A DNA stretch of 55,465 nt from Phoronis australis (lineage: Eukaryota > Animalia > Phoronida). The notes under the pieces were generated by a model. That model was not told the DNA's origin and ran no database searches. It was given only the letters and a program-made list of their open reading frames with translations. The position numbers were made by a program, and so were the translations under genes. The stretch lies in contig NMRA01000028.1 in assembly GCA_002633005.1 (NCBI GenBank), positions 870,764 through 926,228 on the forward strand, in the 5' to 3' direction. Each line of letters begins with the position of its first letter. Within the stretch, counting starts at the first letter, position 1. Below are positions 26,701 through 51,737 of the stretch, one piece after another.

Positions 26701-29700
26701 CAGGGCTGGAGTCATGCAGAGAGACTAGCAGCCCTAGATGACCTCATTAGCGTGTGCGAAGCAACTCAAGTGCGTCACATGATGGCCGTAATAGAACCTC
26801 AGTTTCAGAGAGACTTCATATCTTTACTTCCCAAAGAGGTGAGTATGTGCACCTGAAACAAGCACTTTTGATATACACCAACCCCTAAACTCCTCCTTGC
26901 ATTGCATAATTTGTATACTGAATAATGTTTCATTATTATTATTATTATGGCAACCCCTTAAAAGACATGGATGAATTGCATTTTCTTCCAAGTAGTTAAC
27001 ATAAAGTTATAAATCAAAGCAATACCCTTGAGATGCCAACAAGTAAGGATCGATATCACGATCGTTTGTTGTATATGGGAAGAAGAGATGAGTCATGGTG
27101 CATATTGTGGTTCCATCTTTATGGTCATCACACATTGAGCGTAGCACACTTGCACACTCCAGTCTGCATGAGCCTGACCTTTGACCTTTGACCCTGTTTC
27201 AGCTGGCACTGTACGTGCTGTCTTTCCTGGAACCACGTGACCTGCTGAAAGCTGCACAGACTTGTCAGTACTGGCGAACATTAGCGGAGGACAACTTACT
27301 GTGGCGAGAGAAATGTCGAGAGGAGGTTATTGACGACATACTCGTCTATGGACGAAAGAGGTCAAGATCATCGCCAATTGGTCGCAGTCCATGGAAGAGT
27401 CTATACATGCGGCAACATCAGATAGAGCAGAACTGGAGATCAGGCACAATACGCAGTCCAAAGGTTAGTATACTCATTCAATTCAGAGTGTGTCATTTAG
27501 GATGTATTGTAATTAATGTAGGATCCTTGGAAATGTCCAAATTCAGCTAATTTCGGAATGTATCTCGGTAATGGCTGATCAGATTTTATTGAAACTTTCA
27601 CTATGCTTTACACACTGTTCTCCATTTGTTTTTAAATGTTCTACTTTTGCATGAGGATCTATCAAAAATGGGACTTTTATGATTATCATGAAGAAACTCG
27701 AAAGTTGCACAAGAAAATGAAAATAATACTTTAGAACCCTATATAAGAGTGTCTTTGAGGTTTCATCTTGAACATTTATCAAATGCAATTTGGTTGTTAT
27801 GGATACCATTGTTTTGGCTACCATTCTATGTATCCTTTTTACTAAATCTTAGTAAAAAGACAAGGTCATGTAATCCAATCAACGGGCGATTAGTGAAGTC
27901 ACACATCAAATTCCATAGGCTCGTTTTTCAGAAAACGTCTACTTTTTGCGAGATAAAATTTAAAGTTTTTATAGATATTTGGCTAAATACATACTTGTCA
28001 ATAAAATCCAACATGACCATAAAGTAGTAGTGCCCTCACCTGTGTAGTAGCCAACTAAAGTAGCAGTACCCTAACCTTCTGTGTAGTAGCCAACTAAAGT
28101 AGCAGTACCCTTACCTTCTGCGTAATAGCCAACTACTGTAGTTATGTAGTACTCTTACCTTCTGTGTAATAGCCAACTAAAGTAGTAGTATCCTTACCTT
28201 CTGTGTAGTAGCCAACTAAAGTAGCAGTACCCTTACGTTCTGTGTAATAGCCAACTAAAGTAGCAGTACCCTCACCTTCTGTGTAATAGCCAGCTTTTGA
28301 TTTAGACTACTTATTGTTATAAAATCAATCTCATCTTGTTCCTTATGCGGATTAGAAATGATTCTCGATTTGAGTAAAACTGACATGTTCATTAAACTGC
28401 TTGTCACTGCGGGTTAGTTTCAGTTGCCAAGACTATATGGCCATCGGGGGAGATGCAGGCTATTTATTGTAACAAACATCACTTTAAACTAANGTGTAAT
28501 AGCCAACTAAAGTAGCAGTACCCTTACCTGTGTAATAGCCAACTAAAGTAGTAGTGCCCTCACCTGTGTAATAGCCAACTAAAGTAGTAGTGCCCTCACC
28601 TGCGTAATAGCCAACTAAAGTAACAGTACCCTTACCTTCTGTGTAATAGCCAACTAAAGTAGCAGTACCCTCACTTTCTGTGTAACAGCCAACTAAAGTA
28701 ACAGTACCCTAACCTTCTGTGTAGTAGCCAACTAAAGTAGCAGTACCCTTACCTTCTGCGTAATAGCCAACTACTGTAGTAGTACTCTTACCTTCTGTGT
28801 AATAGCCAACTAAAGTAGTAGTATCCTTACCTTCTGTGTAGTAGCCAACTAAAGTAGCAGTACCCTTACGTTCTGTGTAATAGCCAACTAAAGTAGCAGT
28901 ACCCTCACCTTCTGTGTAATAGCCAGCTTTTGATTTAGACTACTTATTGTTATAAAATCAATCTCATCTTGTTCCTTATGCGGATTAGAAATGATTCTCG
29001 ATTTGAGTAAAACTGACATGTTCATTAAACTGCTTGTCACTGCGGGTTAATTTCAGTTGCCAAGACTATATGGCCATCGGGGGAGATGCAGGCTATTTAT
29101 TGTAACAAACATCACTTTAAACTAAAGATAGGAAAGTTCTTACACTGCTTTGGAAGAGCAAATACGCCTGTGGAGAAAGTTGGTGTTTTTAACTGCATAA
29201 CTGCATAATGGTTTTATTTATGGATGTGCTCGACTTCATATATGTGTATGTATGGTTGTATTCAACGATTGCCTTCAGTAAATAACATCAAGCAAAAAGT
29301 CAGGAATTTCCTTGCATAATGAGAGTCTTTGTGCAAAGGATGTCATTTTTCACGATTTCCTAATTTTGCATGACCTCTTGTTTCCTGAAGATGGTATTTC
29401 TTCTTACAATGTTCAACAAAAGACTAGGTCTTATTAGCAAGTAGGTCAGTAATTGTGTTTTTTTTGCAGATTCTAAAAGGTCACGATGACCATGTCATCA
29501 CATGTCTAGAGTTCAGTGGAAGTAGAATAGTCAGTGGCAGTGATGACAATACACTCAAAGTATGGTCGGCCATCACGGGCAAGGTAAGTGTCACCATGGA
29601 TGGCTGCCATGGAATCATTTGTTCAAGTAGATGTTGGCCTGTTAAAAGTGAGTGGGTGGATTGCTGCTATGTGAACAGTTGTTCAAATAGATGTTGGCAT

Positions 29701-32700
29701 GTTAAAGGTGAGTGTCTGGGTAGATAGCTACTTTTTGAACAACTGTTCAAGTAGATGTTGTCCTTTAAGGGGCCATTAATAACCGTTTTTGACGATGCTC
29801 TTCCCAATTCTGTTACCTCCTTTTATTATGCGCCCTGGCTTCTGGCGTCCGCTGCTCTATCTCCAAAACCCTTTGACATACGTTCATGAAATTTGGCACA
29901 TATGTTCCATTCATGAATGGGACGGCATGTGCGAACTTTCGGACGGATCCGACTACCGGTGTGCCCCCTAGTGGCAATTTTAGTTTTTTACGCTTACCTT
30001 TGTATCTTCAAAAGTCCTGAACGGATTTTCATGAAATTTGGTATGTAGGCACCTAGTAGTGAGATGACGCTATCCTGCCGTTTTCGGATGGATTCGACAT
30101 AGTTTGCGCCACCTAGTGGCCATTTTTACTGTTTTCGAGTCTGTTTTTGTGCTTCCACCCCTCTATCAACCAAACCGCTCAAAGGATGATTGTGAAAATT
30201 GGCATGTATGTGCTTACTATGTAGAGGACGGTTGACGATGATTTTCCGACGATTTCGACTACTGTGGCGCCTCCTAGTGGCAGTTTTGTTTTTTTTGCGC
30301 CTATGGCTGTATCTCCTAAACCGTTCGCAGGATCTTTACGAAATTGTGTAAGTATATTTATATGATGTTAACAACGGAAGATGACGACTTTTGGACGGAT
30401 CCGACTACCGGTGTGCCCCCTAGTGGCAATTTTAATTTTTTTACGCTTACCTTTGTATCTTCACAAGTCCTTATTGGATTTTCATGAAATTTGGTATGTA
30501 GGCACCTATTAGTGAGATGACGCTATCCTCCCGTTTTCAGATGGATTCGACATAGTTTGCGCCACCTAGTGGCCATTTTTAGTGTTTTCGAGTCTGTTTT
30601 TGTGCGTCCACCCCTCTATCAACCAAACCGCTCAAAGGATGATTGTGAAAATTGGCATGTATATGCTTACTATGTAGAGGACGGTTGACGATGATTTTCC
30701 GACGATTTCGACTACTGTGGCGCCTCCTAGTGGCAGTTTTTTTTTTTTTGCGCCTATGGCTGTATCTCCTAAACCGTTCGCAGGATCTTTACGAAATTGT
30801 GTAAGTATATTTATATGATGTTAACAACGGAAGATGACGACTTTTGGACGGATCCGACTACCGGTGTGCCCCCTAGTGGCAATTTTAGTTTTTTACGCTT
30901 ACCTTTGTATCTTCAAAAGTCCTGAACGGATTTTCATGAAATTTGGTATGTAGGCACCTATTAGTGAGATGACGCTATCCTCCCGTTTTCAGATGGATTC
31001 GACATAGTTTGCGCCACCTAGTGGCCATTTTTACTGTTTTCGAGTCTGTATTTTTGGTCCACTCCTCTATCAACCAAACCGCTCAAAGGATGATTGTGAA
31101 AATTGGTGTGTATGTGCTTACTATATGGAAGACAGCTGACAATGATTTTCAGACGATTTGGACTTCTGTGGCGCCTCCTAGTGGCAGTTTTGTTTTTTTG
31201 CACCCATGGCTGTATCTCCCAAACCGTTTGCAGGATCTTTACTAAATTTAGCAAGTGTATTTATGTGATGTTGACAACGGACGATGACGACTTTAGGATG
31301 ATTCTGACTACCGGTATGTCTCTAGTGGCAATTTTAGTATTTGCCTCTAGTGGCAATTTTGGTATTTTACATTGACCTCTGTATTTTCATAGGTCTTCAG
31401 GTGTATACTTTGTGTTACTTCGTGACTATGAAGGAAAAGTTCCAAGTAGAAATTTGTTTCTGGCATTCTAATGCTGTGCTCGTATGTTGGTAAATTTGTT
31501 TTTAATTCTTTCTGTGGTGCTTTAAGCAACTGGTGTATAGGATGTGCTTGTATTATGAAGATTACTCACATTTTGCCCCTAGCCTATTGAGGAGACAATG
31601 ACCATGCCTTTCCATTTTGCAAAGTACAACATACTACATATATGCCCTCTACTGGCCACTTTATGGTACCAATAAACAACCCTAGAAGGATACCGTATGC
31701 GGTGCAATTGTGGGCGCATTTCAACGCTCTGCGTTGTTCTTGTTGTATATTCTGCTGTACTGTTTTAGCTTCAGTAGTCAGGTTCATTAGGTTAGTCTTA
31801 GTGTTCCTTGCATTATTCATTTTTATCACTTTGAATTTCACTCCCGTACCTGGAGTTTTTACTTATATCAGAACAGTTGTTGTTATAGTATACTTTGTAT
31901 TGGTTATTCATTATATCCACTGTGCGTCTGTGGTGAATTAAAAATACTTAGAACTCCTGACTATTCAAAAGTGATTCCAAGTGGTATTGCATTTTTCAAG
32001 TAATGCTGGTCCTAAAGTTTTCAAATCACTGTACTGATTAGAGTTGTAGGGAATTACCTTATTATAATGTTTGGTGATAATTATGCTGTTACGGATTATC
32101 AATCATAAACACAGGCTCTTTTTTATTACTAACTTAAAAGTGATGGTTTGGTTATTTAGTTTATTATGCTATGGTCACCATGTCTGAGATGTCCATTTGA
32201 TTGGTCAGTATGTAATCCTGAGTCATCCATTTCAGTGCTTGCGTACTCTAGTGGGTCACACAGGTGGTGTGTGGTCGTCGCAGATGTGTGGTCACACAAT
32301 AGTCAGCGGCTCCACTGACCGCACACTCAAGGTGTGGAATGCCGACACCGGTCAGTGTGTACATACCCTCTATGGTCATACGTCCACTGTCAGATGTATG
32401 CATCTTTACACGAGCAAGTAAGTTAGCTACAGTTACCTTTAATTAATGAATGCCACTTAATAACACTGTCATTCTTACATCTGCCAACTATACACCATCT
32501 CATCACCACCTTAAAGGGATTTTAGGAGGTTAAAATTTTGGACTTTTGAATTATCTTTGGTGAGAATAACTAATTTCTACACCTTGTTGATGTCATTTAA
32601 GGCTAAAGTCTGGACTCTGTTGTTTTCATCTTTGTATTGGAAGCGAGATAGTGAGCTGTGTTGCTTGTTCAATCCTGAACAATTGTCTTTACACAGTTTT

Positions 32701-34610
32701 GTATCCACTTTCAAATCATTTTTACCTTCATAATCTCCTGGACAAGTTGTGTACTAAGGCTGTAGATTGTAATTTAAAAAGATTAATAAAATTGCAAATT
32801 TAGTATGTCCATACTAAATTTACAAAAGTCAGTTGTGTTGATTTGTCATTGATGTGGAAGAAATGAAGAGGCTGTGAAATGTTTGTGCCTACCTCTTCAC
32901 CTGCCTCTTTAATAAACAGTCCTGTTTCATGGGTATGATTTCTTACTTTTTCAGAGTGGTTAGTGGGTCACGTGATGCCACTTTGCGCCTGTGGGACATC
33001 GATACAGGTCAGTGCCTGCACGTATTAATGGGCCATGTAGCAGCAGTCAGGTGCGTCCAGTACGATGGCCGGAGAGTAGTCAGTGGAGCCTACGACTACT
33101 CAGTCAAGATCTGGGACCCAGAGAGTGAGACATGCCTCCATACTCTGCAGGGACACACAAACAGGGTCTACTCACTACAGGTGGGCAGAAATTAATTAAT
33201 TTGCATTCAAATTTGCACAACTTACATGACATGGCTCTTTCTATGAGGGGTTACCAATGCAATGCTAATCAGGTCAAGCTTAAATCGCAAACTTGTAAAT
33301 GCAATAACTGCAGGTAGTGACAGTGATCTGTTTAGTCCAAGGTGTTATGGTGTGAAACTAGGAGCGCTAACGTGCTGGATTAAGAAAAAGAAACAAAGGG
33401 TTCCACCCAAAACATGAACTGAAACTATGGTTTTCTAACATGGCACTTTGTGGAGCTTGTAGTCATCATATCAAGTTTACACGATGATACAGGGGGTCAC
33501 GTCTTGTGTCATTGTTCAGTATAGGTGTTGAGTGGCATGAAATTCTTTGCCTTTCAGTTTGATGGTGTACACATAGTCAGTGGTTCACTGGACACATCCA
33601 TCCGTGTGTGGGATGTAGAGACAGGCAACTGTCTACATACACTTATAGGTCACCAGTCATTGACTAGTGGCATGGAGTTGAAGGACAATATACTGGTGTC
33701 TGGCAATGCTGACTCTACAGTGAAAGTGTGGGATATCAGGACAGGGCAGTGTCTACAGACATTACAAGGTAAGTATGATGAACTGTAGTGGGACCACAAT
33801 GTACGGGTGGTCGGATTATGCTGAACTGTTGTGGGACCACAATGTACTGTTGTCTGGAATATGATGAATTATGGTGGGAACACAATGTATTGTTGTCTGG
33901 AATATGATGAATTATGGTGGGAACACAATGTATTGTTGTCTGGAATATGATGAATTATGGTGGGAACACAATATACACATGTCTGACATTGTTCACTGTA
34001 TATTTAGTGAAGGTGTTTGAGATCTAGACAACACGGTGTCTAGAGACAGTACCAGGTAGGTATGATATACAGTAATGGGAACATAACTTAAATGATGGTA
34101 CATTTTAGTGTTGACTGAGCTAGAATTTGTGGGAAGTATGGCATTGTTAAACATTTCCTAAATAAAATCTCCTGTTGAAAGGTGTTTCGCTGTTCCTGGA
34201 TTTGACTAGTACCATATGCTTATAGTTACAAACAAACAAACGGTATCAGTATTGACATTTACAAATCGTACTACAGAACAGAATGGTGGGTCAGTTGTTA
34301 AGACTGCTGCTATTTCATTGCAGGCCCTAACAAACACCAGAGTGCTGTGACCTGCCTACAGTTCAACAAGAAGTTTGTGATCACGTCCAGCGATGATGGT
34401 ACGGTGAAGATCTGGGACCTAAAGACGGGCGACTTCCTACGTAACTTGGTGGCGCTGGATAGTGGGGGTAGTGGTGGCGTTGTGTGGAGGGTAAGGAGCA
34501 ATAACACCAAGCTTGTATGTGCAGTAGGGTCCCGCAATGGCACTGAGGAGACTAAGCTGCTTGTGTTGGACTTTGATGCAGAGGAGCCATTGAAGATCAG
34601 TAAAATATGA
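13406..34610 (+). CDS. FBXW7: F-box/WD repeat-containing protein 7 (SCF substrate receptor) with an N-terminal (HhH)2 extension; 12 coding exons, 739 aa
   Basis: Exons, all GT-AG with compatible phases, total 2220 nt: 13406-13513, 21447-21580, 21895-22249, 24571-24668, 25243-25351, 26704-26838, 27203-27463, 29470-29583, 32236-32417, 32955-33180, 33558-33768, 34324-34610. Translation includes MKRKSES (NLS-like start of the vertebrate common region), [28 protein letters not shown]...[16 protein letters not shown] (D-domain), [24 protein letters not shown] (F-box), and WD40 repeats [51 protein letters not shown], all closely matching FBXW7 as I know it. Exons 4-12 are near certain; the joining of exons 1-3 is inferred from phase. 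Confidence 0.95.
13480..14062 (+). repeat. 37-40-bp minisatellite, about 15 copies, derived from the FBXW7 first coding exon end plus donor site
   Basis: Unit GGCCAAGGCTGAGGTTGTAGTGGAGACTAGGAAGGTAAGG; the first copy is the exon end with GTAAGT. Confidence 0.92.
14742..14795. repeat. (GAT)n microsatellite
   Basis: Read directly. Confidence 0.9.
14890..15043. mobile_element. Tc1/pogo-type MITE; a deleted copy lies at 14471-14589
   Basis: Perfect 15-bp TIRs CCGTAAACTCGCGGG / CCCGCGAGTTTACGG, followed by TA on the right. Confidence 0.65.
18604..20118 (+). mobile_element. Non-autonomous Helentron/DINE-1-like element (HINE), copy 1, in an FBXW7 intron
   Basis: 5' T-run then hairpin GCGCCCACATA..TATGTGGACGC; (GTCC)n microsatellite; ~451-bp internal tandem units; 3' subterminal inverted repeat TGTGGGCGCAT, short hairpin CAACGC-TCT-GCGTTG, then CTCTTGTT. 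This is the DINE-1/HINE/pearl-type layout. Confidence 0.75.
20119..20700 (+). mobile_element. Older degenerate fragment of the same HINE family
   Basis: Diverged core boxes (GTGCCCCCTAGTGAC, GCCACCTATTGGCC) and a similar 3' end GTGGGTGCATTTCAACGCTCCCTGTTGCTCTTGTT. Confidence 0.55.
22737..23090. repeat. 50-bp minisatellite, about 7 copies
   Basis: Unit ATTTGTATGTGAGTAGACTCACTGGGTCATTGTCACTGGCTACTGCTTGC. Confidence 0.92.
23532..23711. repeat. 56-bp minisatellite, about 3.2 copies
   Basis: Unit GCTTGTGTCTTTACCACTCATGCCAGTTGTAGGCAGTAATAATGAACTTGTTTACA. Confidence 0.92.
28020..29125. repeat. 36-39-bp minisatellite in two blocks, with the ~200-bp unique flank duplicated around an N at 28493
   Basis: Unit TGTGTAATAGCCAACTAAAGTAGCAGTACCCTTACCTTC; 28290-28492 recurs almost identically at about 28925-29125. 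Confidence 0.9.
29821..31744 (+). mobile_element. HINE copy 2, with three ~452-bp units and lacking the 5' hairpin and microsatellite
   Basis: Highly similar to 18700-20118. Unit marker GGACGGATCCGACTACCGG recurs at 29941, 30393 and 30846; same 3' terminus at about 31709-31744. Confidence 0.75.
33772..33972. repeat. Degenerate ~38-bp minisatellite starting at an FBXW7 donor site
   Basis: Unit TATGATGAATTATGGTGGGAACACAATGTATTGTTGTCTGGAA, with variants. Confidence 0.8.
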
Positions 34611-34642
34611 ATACACGTGGGTGGGTGGGGGGGGGGGGGGGG

Positions 34643-34661
34643 NNNNNNNNNNNNNNNNNNN
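34643..34661. other. Assembly gap after a poly-G run in the FBXW7 3' UTR
   Basis: Run of N. Confidence 0.95.
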
Positions 34662-36687
34662 GTAAAGACACATTGAAGATACTGAGATGTAAAGACACAG
34701 AAGGACGTGCTCATTAGAGTGTCAGTATTGGAGATCAGCTAGACTCTAGGGGAGGGGGGTTATATGTATGATGCAGGGTTAGTTTTACAGTGAAAAAGAC
34801 CAGGTAGTAAGTGACACCAGTGCTGAACCCTAGATGAAGATGATCTTGCATTATCTTGGCTACTTGTGGAGTGTTATTACACTGGTGTGCTCCTGTACAG
34901 GGCTTAGTGAGGCTAGGAGTTGATGTGATAATCATGTTTTTCAGTTGACACTAGCAACCTGTCACAGGCAGTTTAAAAGTCACTCACTTCAAACTGCTTT
35001 TAGTAATGTTGTAGTATTAAATTTAGACTGAATATTAAATCAACCCAACTTGGATTTTATTTTAAGTATCTTCTTGAATGAGATATTAGTGAAAATTCAA
35101 TCATCATTCATCGGATCTCTTTGTTTTATTTGTGTCTTCAGTCAAATGTATGGCAGCTCCAACAGATATGAGTATTGTGTTGTGGGCTATACTAGTCTTC
35201 TGATGCCAGTAGTTTATAACCTGTTCACAGATTGTGTGGAGACTTGGGTTTAGTTTTAGGTTTTAGGATTGACCTATATTGTCTTCAGACTCACGAAGGT
35301 GTACCACTGACCAGATGTTCCTAATACCCAAGACTTGGCCCTGTTTCTGTATATAGCATGACTTGTCAGTAATATGTAAAAATGTTGAGATCGGACAAAA
35401 TTAGACAATGTAGAAGCAGTTTAAAATCAGGTAAAATATATGTTATTAAAAACATTAGCTTTCATGCCGTAATGAGTGCAGCTCTTCAACAAGTGCAAAG
35501 ACAACTGGTGCGAAAAGCTCATTGGTCTTAAATAGGTCGGTATAAATGAACTTTTGGCACCACTTGTCTTCACACCTAATGAAGAGTCACACCCATTAAG
35601 ATTTGAAAGCTTGTCTTTTTATAATGTATGTTTTTAATGGATTTTAAACTGCTTCTGCGTTGTTCAGTAATATGTAAATAGTTGTATTAAGTTGTTGTTG
35701 CTTCGTTGATGCATAGTTTTGTTGGAATCAGGGAGTGGAAACGTTACATTGGTGTGAACAATAGGTAACCGTATTCAAACCATAAATTCATTAATGCACT
35801 GTAAATAATCCAGCAACCAGTATATCAAATCCAATGATGGCACCCTATAAAAACAATTGCTACAGGTCAAATCCTGTGCTGTAATCTACTGTGTATGTAC
35901 TGTTTTCTGTGAAAGATGTCTGAGAAAACATGAGCATTGTCTGCACAACAGTTGTGTAAACAAACTGGATTTATTGCGCGTGCAAATGTGGAGTCTCACA
36001 ATCATGATCCTGGCCATTGGAGAGTTGGTGCACCCTTAGGATTTGATGGTATTTGTCATTGTAATTTTGGTCTGTTCATTAGACGTTCTGGTTCTTATGA
36101 GTGCGACCTCTGTTTTGTTTCGACTTGTTGAATATTTGTAATACGTAACAACTGATGCATTGAGAACTTTATTTTTGTAAATGGTTTGAACTCCCTATGC
36201 CAAAGTGACTGAGGCCTAAACTGGCTGTTGGTCAAAGCAATGTTTCCACGCAGTTGTTTGATTAGAAATTCCTTCGAAGTGACAAAGTGGATTGGAATGT
36301 TGCTTTGACTAGTGTGTGTAATCAGTATTATAATCAAAGCATTTGCTTTGTGCACATTTAATGTAGGAGGATAAATCAATAGTAATAATTACTATATTGT
36401 TCATAATATGCGCTGGGAGCACTTTGCGATAATTGCTGAAGGAGGTACTCTTCTTTGTGCCCCTGAAAGAGGCAGCAATTGCACAATTACAGCGGTGATG
36501 TGGGGTTAATAAATGTCAATTGAATGTTGGGGTTGATATGATGCCAAGTCAACTTAAGAATGAAGAATTAAGATCCTCAGCTTTGTTGACTCAAAGGTAA
36601 TTTGTGGAGCAGCTATAAACTGCTGATCAAAAAAAAACAGCATCCTGTTGTGGTTTTAATCCAGGTGTCTATGTAACTTTTTCATCA

Positions 36688-36777
36688 GTTAACTTTGTTA
36701 GCTCATACAAATGCAATGTTAACTTTGTTAGCTCATACTAATGCAATGTTAACTTTGTTAGCTCATACAAATGCAAT
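36688..36777. repeat. 30-bp tandem repeat, 3 copies
   Basis: Unit GTTAACTTTGTTAGCTCATACAAATGCAAT. Confidence 0.9.
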
Positions 36778-37645
36778 AGGTTGCTGCCGACACTAGTTCA
36801 CGCCAAGTTTTGCTGTGAAGAATAATAAATTAGACAGTAAGAACAAATATGTTTTATCAGTATTTACTAACTCGGGAATGTCTCATTTTCGTGGTTTAAT
36901 TCAGTACTTACATGTGACGTTTTAACTAATAATCTTGAAATTTAATGAAGATATTTTATTGTATTTTAATGTGTAATATACAAATTACTTGAAATCCCCA
37001 AAAATGAAGTCATATTCCAAAGTACAAACACGTCCAAGGCTGCGCCACAGTTTGCAGGTAATGTTCATAGTTTGTGGTGAAATAGTTATCATACTGCTCA
37101 ACAGGGTTTGTATGTCTGGCTGTTCACTGCTTTACTTGCACATTTATTCAAACCAAATTTGTGAGTCATGTGTCGGGTTTTTCCTGATTGGAAATTCTTG
37201 TCATCCTCAAGTGAAGACATGTTGAACAGCAAACTGATAAGGTTAACAATAGGGGGCTTGTATTCTTTGCTTGAAACAGTACGTGTTTAATAGCTGGAAT
37301 GAGTTGATGGATATTACTTTGAAGTGATTCTACCTATCCTACCATTGTATTATAAAGCTTCAATTGATGTATATAGGTGTATGTATAATTGAACTACCCA
37401 CATTGGTACTTCTAATTTGTCAATATGTTATGTGCAATACATATTTATAAACCGTTAACGTGCTTGTTTTTGTATCAAACCTTCGTTTAGCTACTCAGAC
37501 ACGAATGGTATGGCCAGTGCTGAAGTGGCCGTTTCCTCCACTTAAAGTGTATTGCTACCCATTACTGTTTTTAGACTTGGCTGCGTTGCGTGGATGCAAG
37601 ACACGCACGAGAAAGGCTAGACATTGTGATCTAGAGCTTCAGTTA

Positions 37646-37843
37646 TAATGCATGGCAACTGTGTGTCTGTAATGCATGGCAGCTGTGTGTCTGTAATGCA
37701 TGGCAGCTGTGTGTCTGTAATGCATGGCAACTGTGTGTCTGTAATGCATGGCAACTGTGTGTCTGTAATGCATGGCAACTGTGTGTCTGTAATGCATGGC
37801 AACTGTGTGTCTGTAATGCATGGCAACTGTGTGTCTGTAATGC
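37646..37843. repeat. 24-bp minisatellite, about 8 copies
   Basis: Unit TAATGCATGGCAACTGTGTGTCTG. Confidence 0.95.
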
Positions 37844-38684
37844 AGTCCACGGCAGTGTGCTATAACATAACATGCCAACCCTGTTCAGCACAAGGCATCC
37901 CATATTTTAACAGTTTTCACATCAAGTTAGCTCACGAAGATGATTTTATTGTAAAGGACATTCATGGCAGAACCAACAATAAGTACATAATTGCTTATTG
38001 ATAGTTCTAATAATTGAACATTACGTGACCTGAGTGATTAAAAAACGTTGCCCATATTTTTACCTCTTAATTATTTTCAAATAAATCACTAAACTTTACA
38101 AATCAAAGATTACTATGAGAGGACGATGTGACAAAAAGTTGATTCCTTGTCATTTTACTGCTTAATACTTGAAACTTGATCGAGTGTCCACCTTGTTACT
38201 GCAAGTATACTTGCAGGCAGTGCAATATTTTTTATGGTCACGTAAACTGAAGAATATCTGGTGTACACCACAAAATTGTGTTACAGAGACCTTTGCATCC
38301 TTCAAAATGCACAGGCATGTGGAAACGCAACATTATTTGCCCATAGATACTCTATTACAATCTGCGATTGGCCCATGTTGGCTCGAAAATACGAACGGCC
38401 ATTTAATTAGGGTCAATTGTAAGCATTTTTTTGCAGAGCTTGGCAAATTTTAGAAAGCTTTAAAACAACAGCATAGGCCATGCAACTGTACATAGCACCA
38501 GTGTTGTGTGTAAATACAAACAGTAAGGCAGTGTAAAAATTGGGAATAAGTGTATGTCAGTAAATACTTTGTGCCAATTTAGATGTCTTTCAAAGCTATT
38601 TTAACTATAATGGTAACAGTATTATTACATCAATAATAAAGTTGCACTGCGGCATTGACTAAGAAAGCCAGTTTTCACCAACAC

Positions 38685-51103
<12,419 letters not shown>

Positions 51104-51737
51104 AACACCATAATCATATATCCAAATGTTTCTCTGCTTTAATTACTCAACTCTGCTCCGGGTACCGAACAAATTCCACTCGTAAACAAACGTTTCACAT
51201 GTTTTTCTTGATGGTATCCACCATGACAGATCACGTTAGTCACGTGACACTTTAACTTAAAATCACACATTTAACGGCCCATTTGGTCACATTAAGAAAA
51301 TAATTGTCAACATACTTTGTTTTTTTGATCGTTTTGATGTTCTTCAGTAACTAAATATTGTTTTTAAAGAGAAGATATATAAAGAATTGCTAATCATCTC
51401 GTTTAGCAAACGAGACTTCCAAGTTGTGCTACGCCGCTGCCATATTTTATAGATTTACTGTTGTTTTTGTAAAATCACATTAGATTTGAAGAAATCGTGA
51501 CGAGCATTGAGTTTGACGCCCTTTGTCATTATACGCAGAAGTTCTTTCATTAGCTTCACGAGAAATATCTGTTGAGTGATGTCATCAAACGCTGGGTCGA
51601 CGTAATCTGGAACGCAGAATTGACCGACTTCGTCTTCTTGTGTTACGGAAACGGTTGACGGTTCAAGTTGTGACTTCGGGCTTGATGAAGATTTTGGTTG
51701 CAGTCTTGCTTCCTTGAAATTATTCCTTACAGCCAAA
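51104..51737. promoter_or_regulatory. Bidirectional promoter region between SPATA5 and RBM26/27
   Basis: Start codons are head-to-head with 634 bp between them. Palindromic E-box GTCACGTGAC at 51239-51248; YY1-like GCCATATTTT near 51439; locally CpG-richer. Confidence 0.7.

Noticed and set aside
28290-29125. Apparent local segmental duplication
   Set aside because: The near-identical copies meet at an N (28493) inside a minisatellite, so this is probably a contig-overlap or haplotype artefact.
37617-38001. Repetitive ORFs (CITDTQLP, MHYRHTVA, etc.)
   Set aside because: Translations of a 24-bp minisatellite that is open in several frames on both strands; no splice or homology support.
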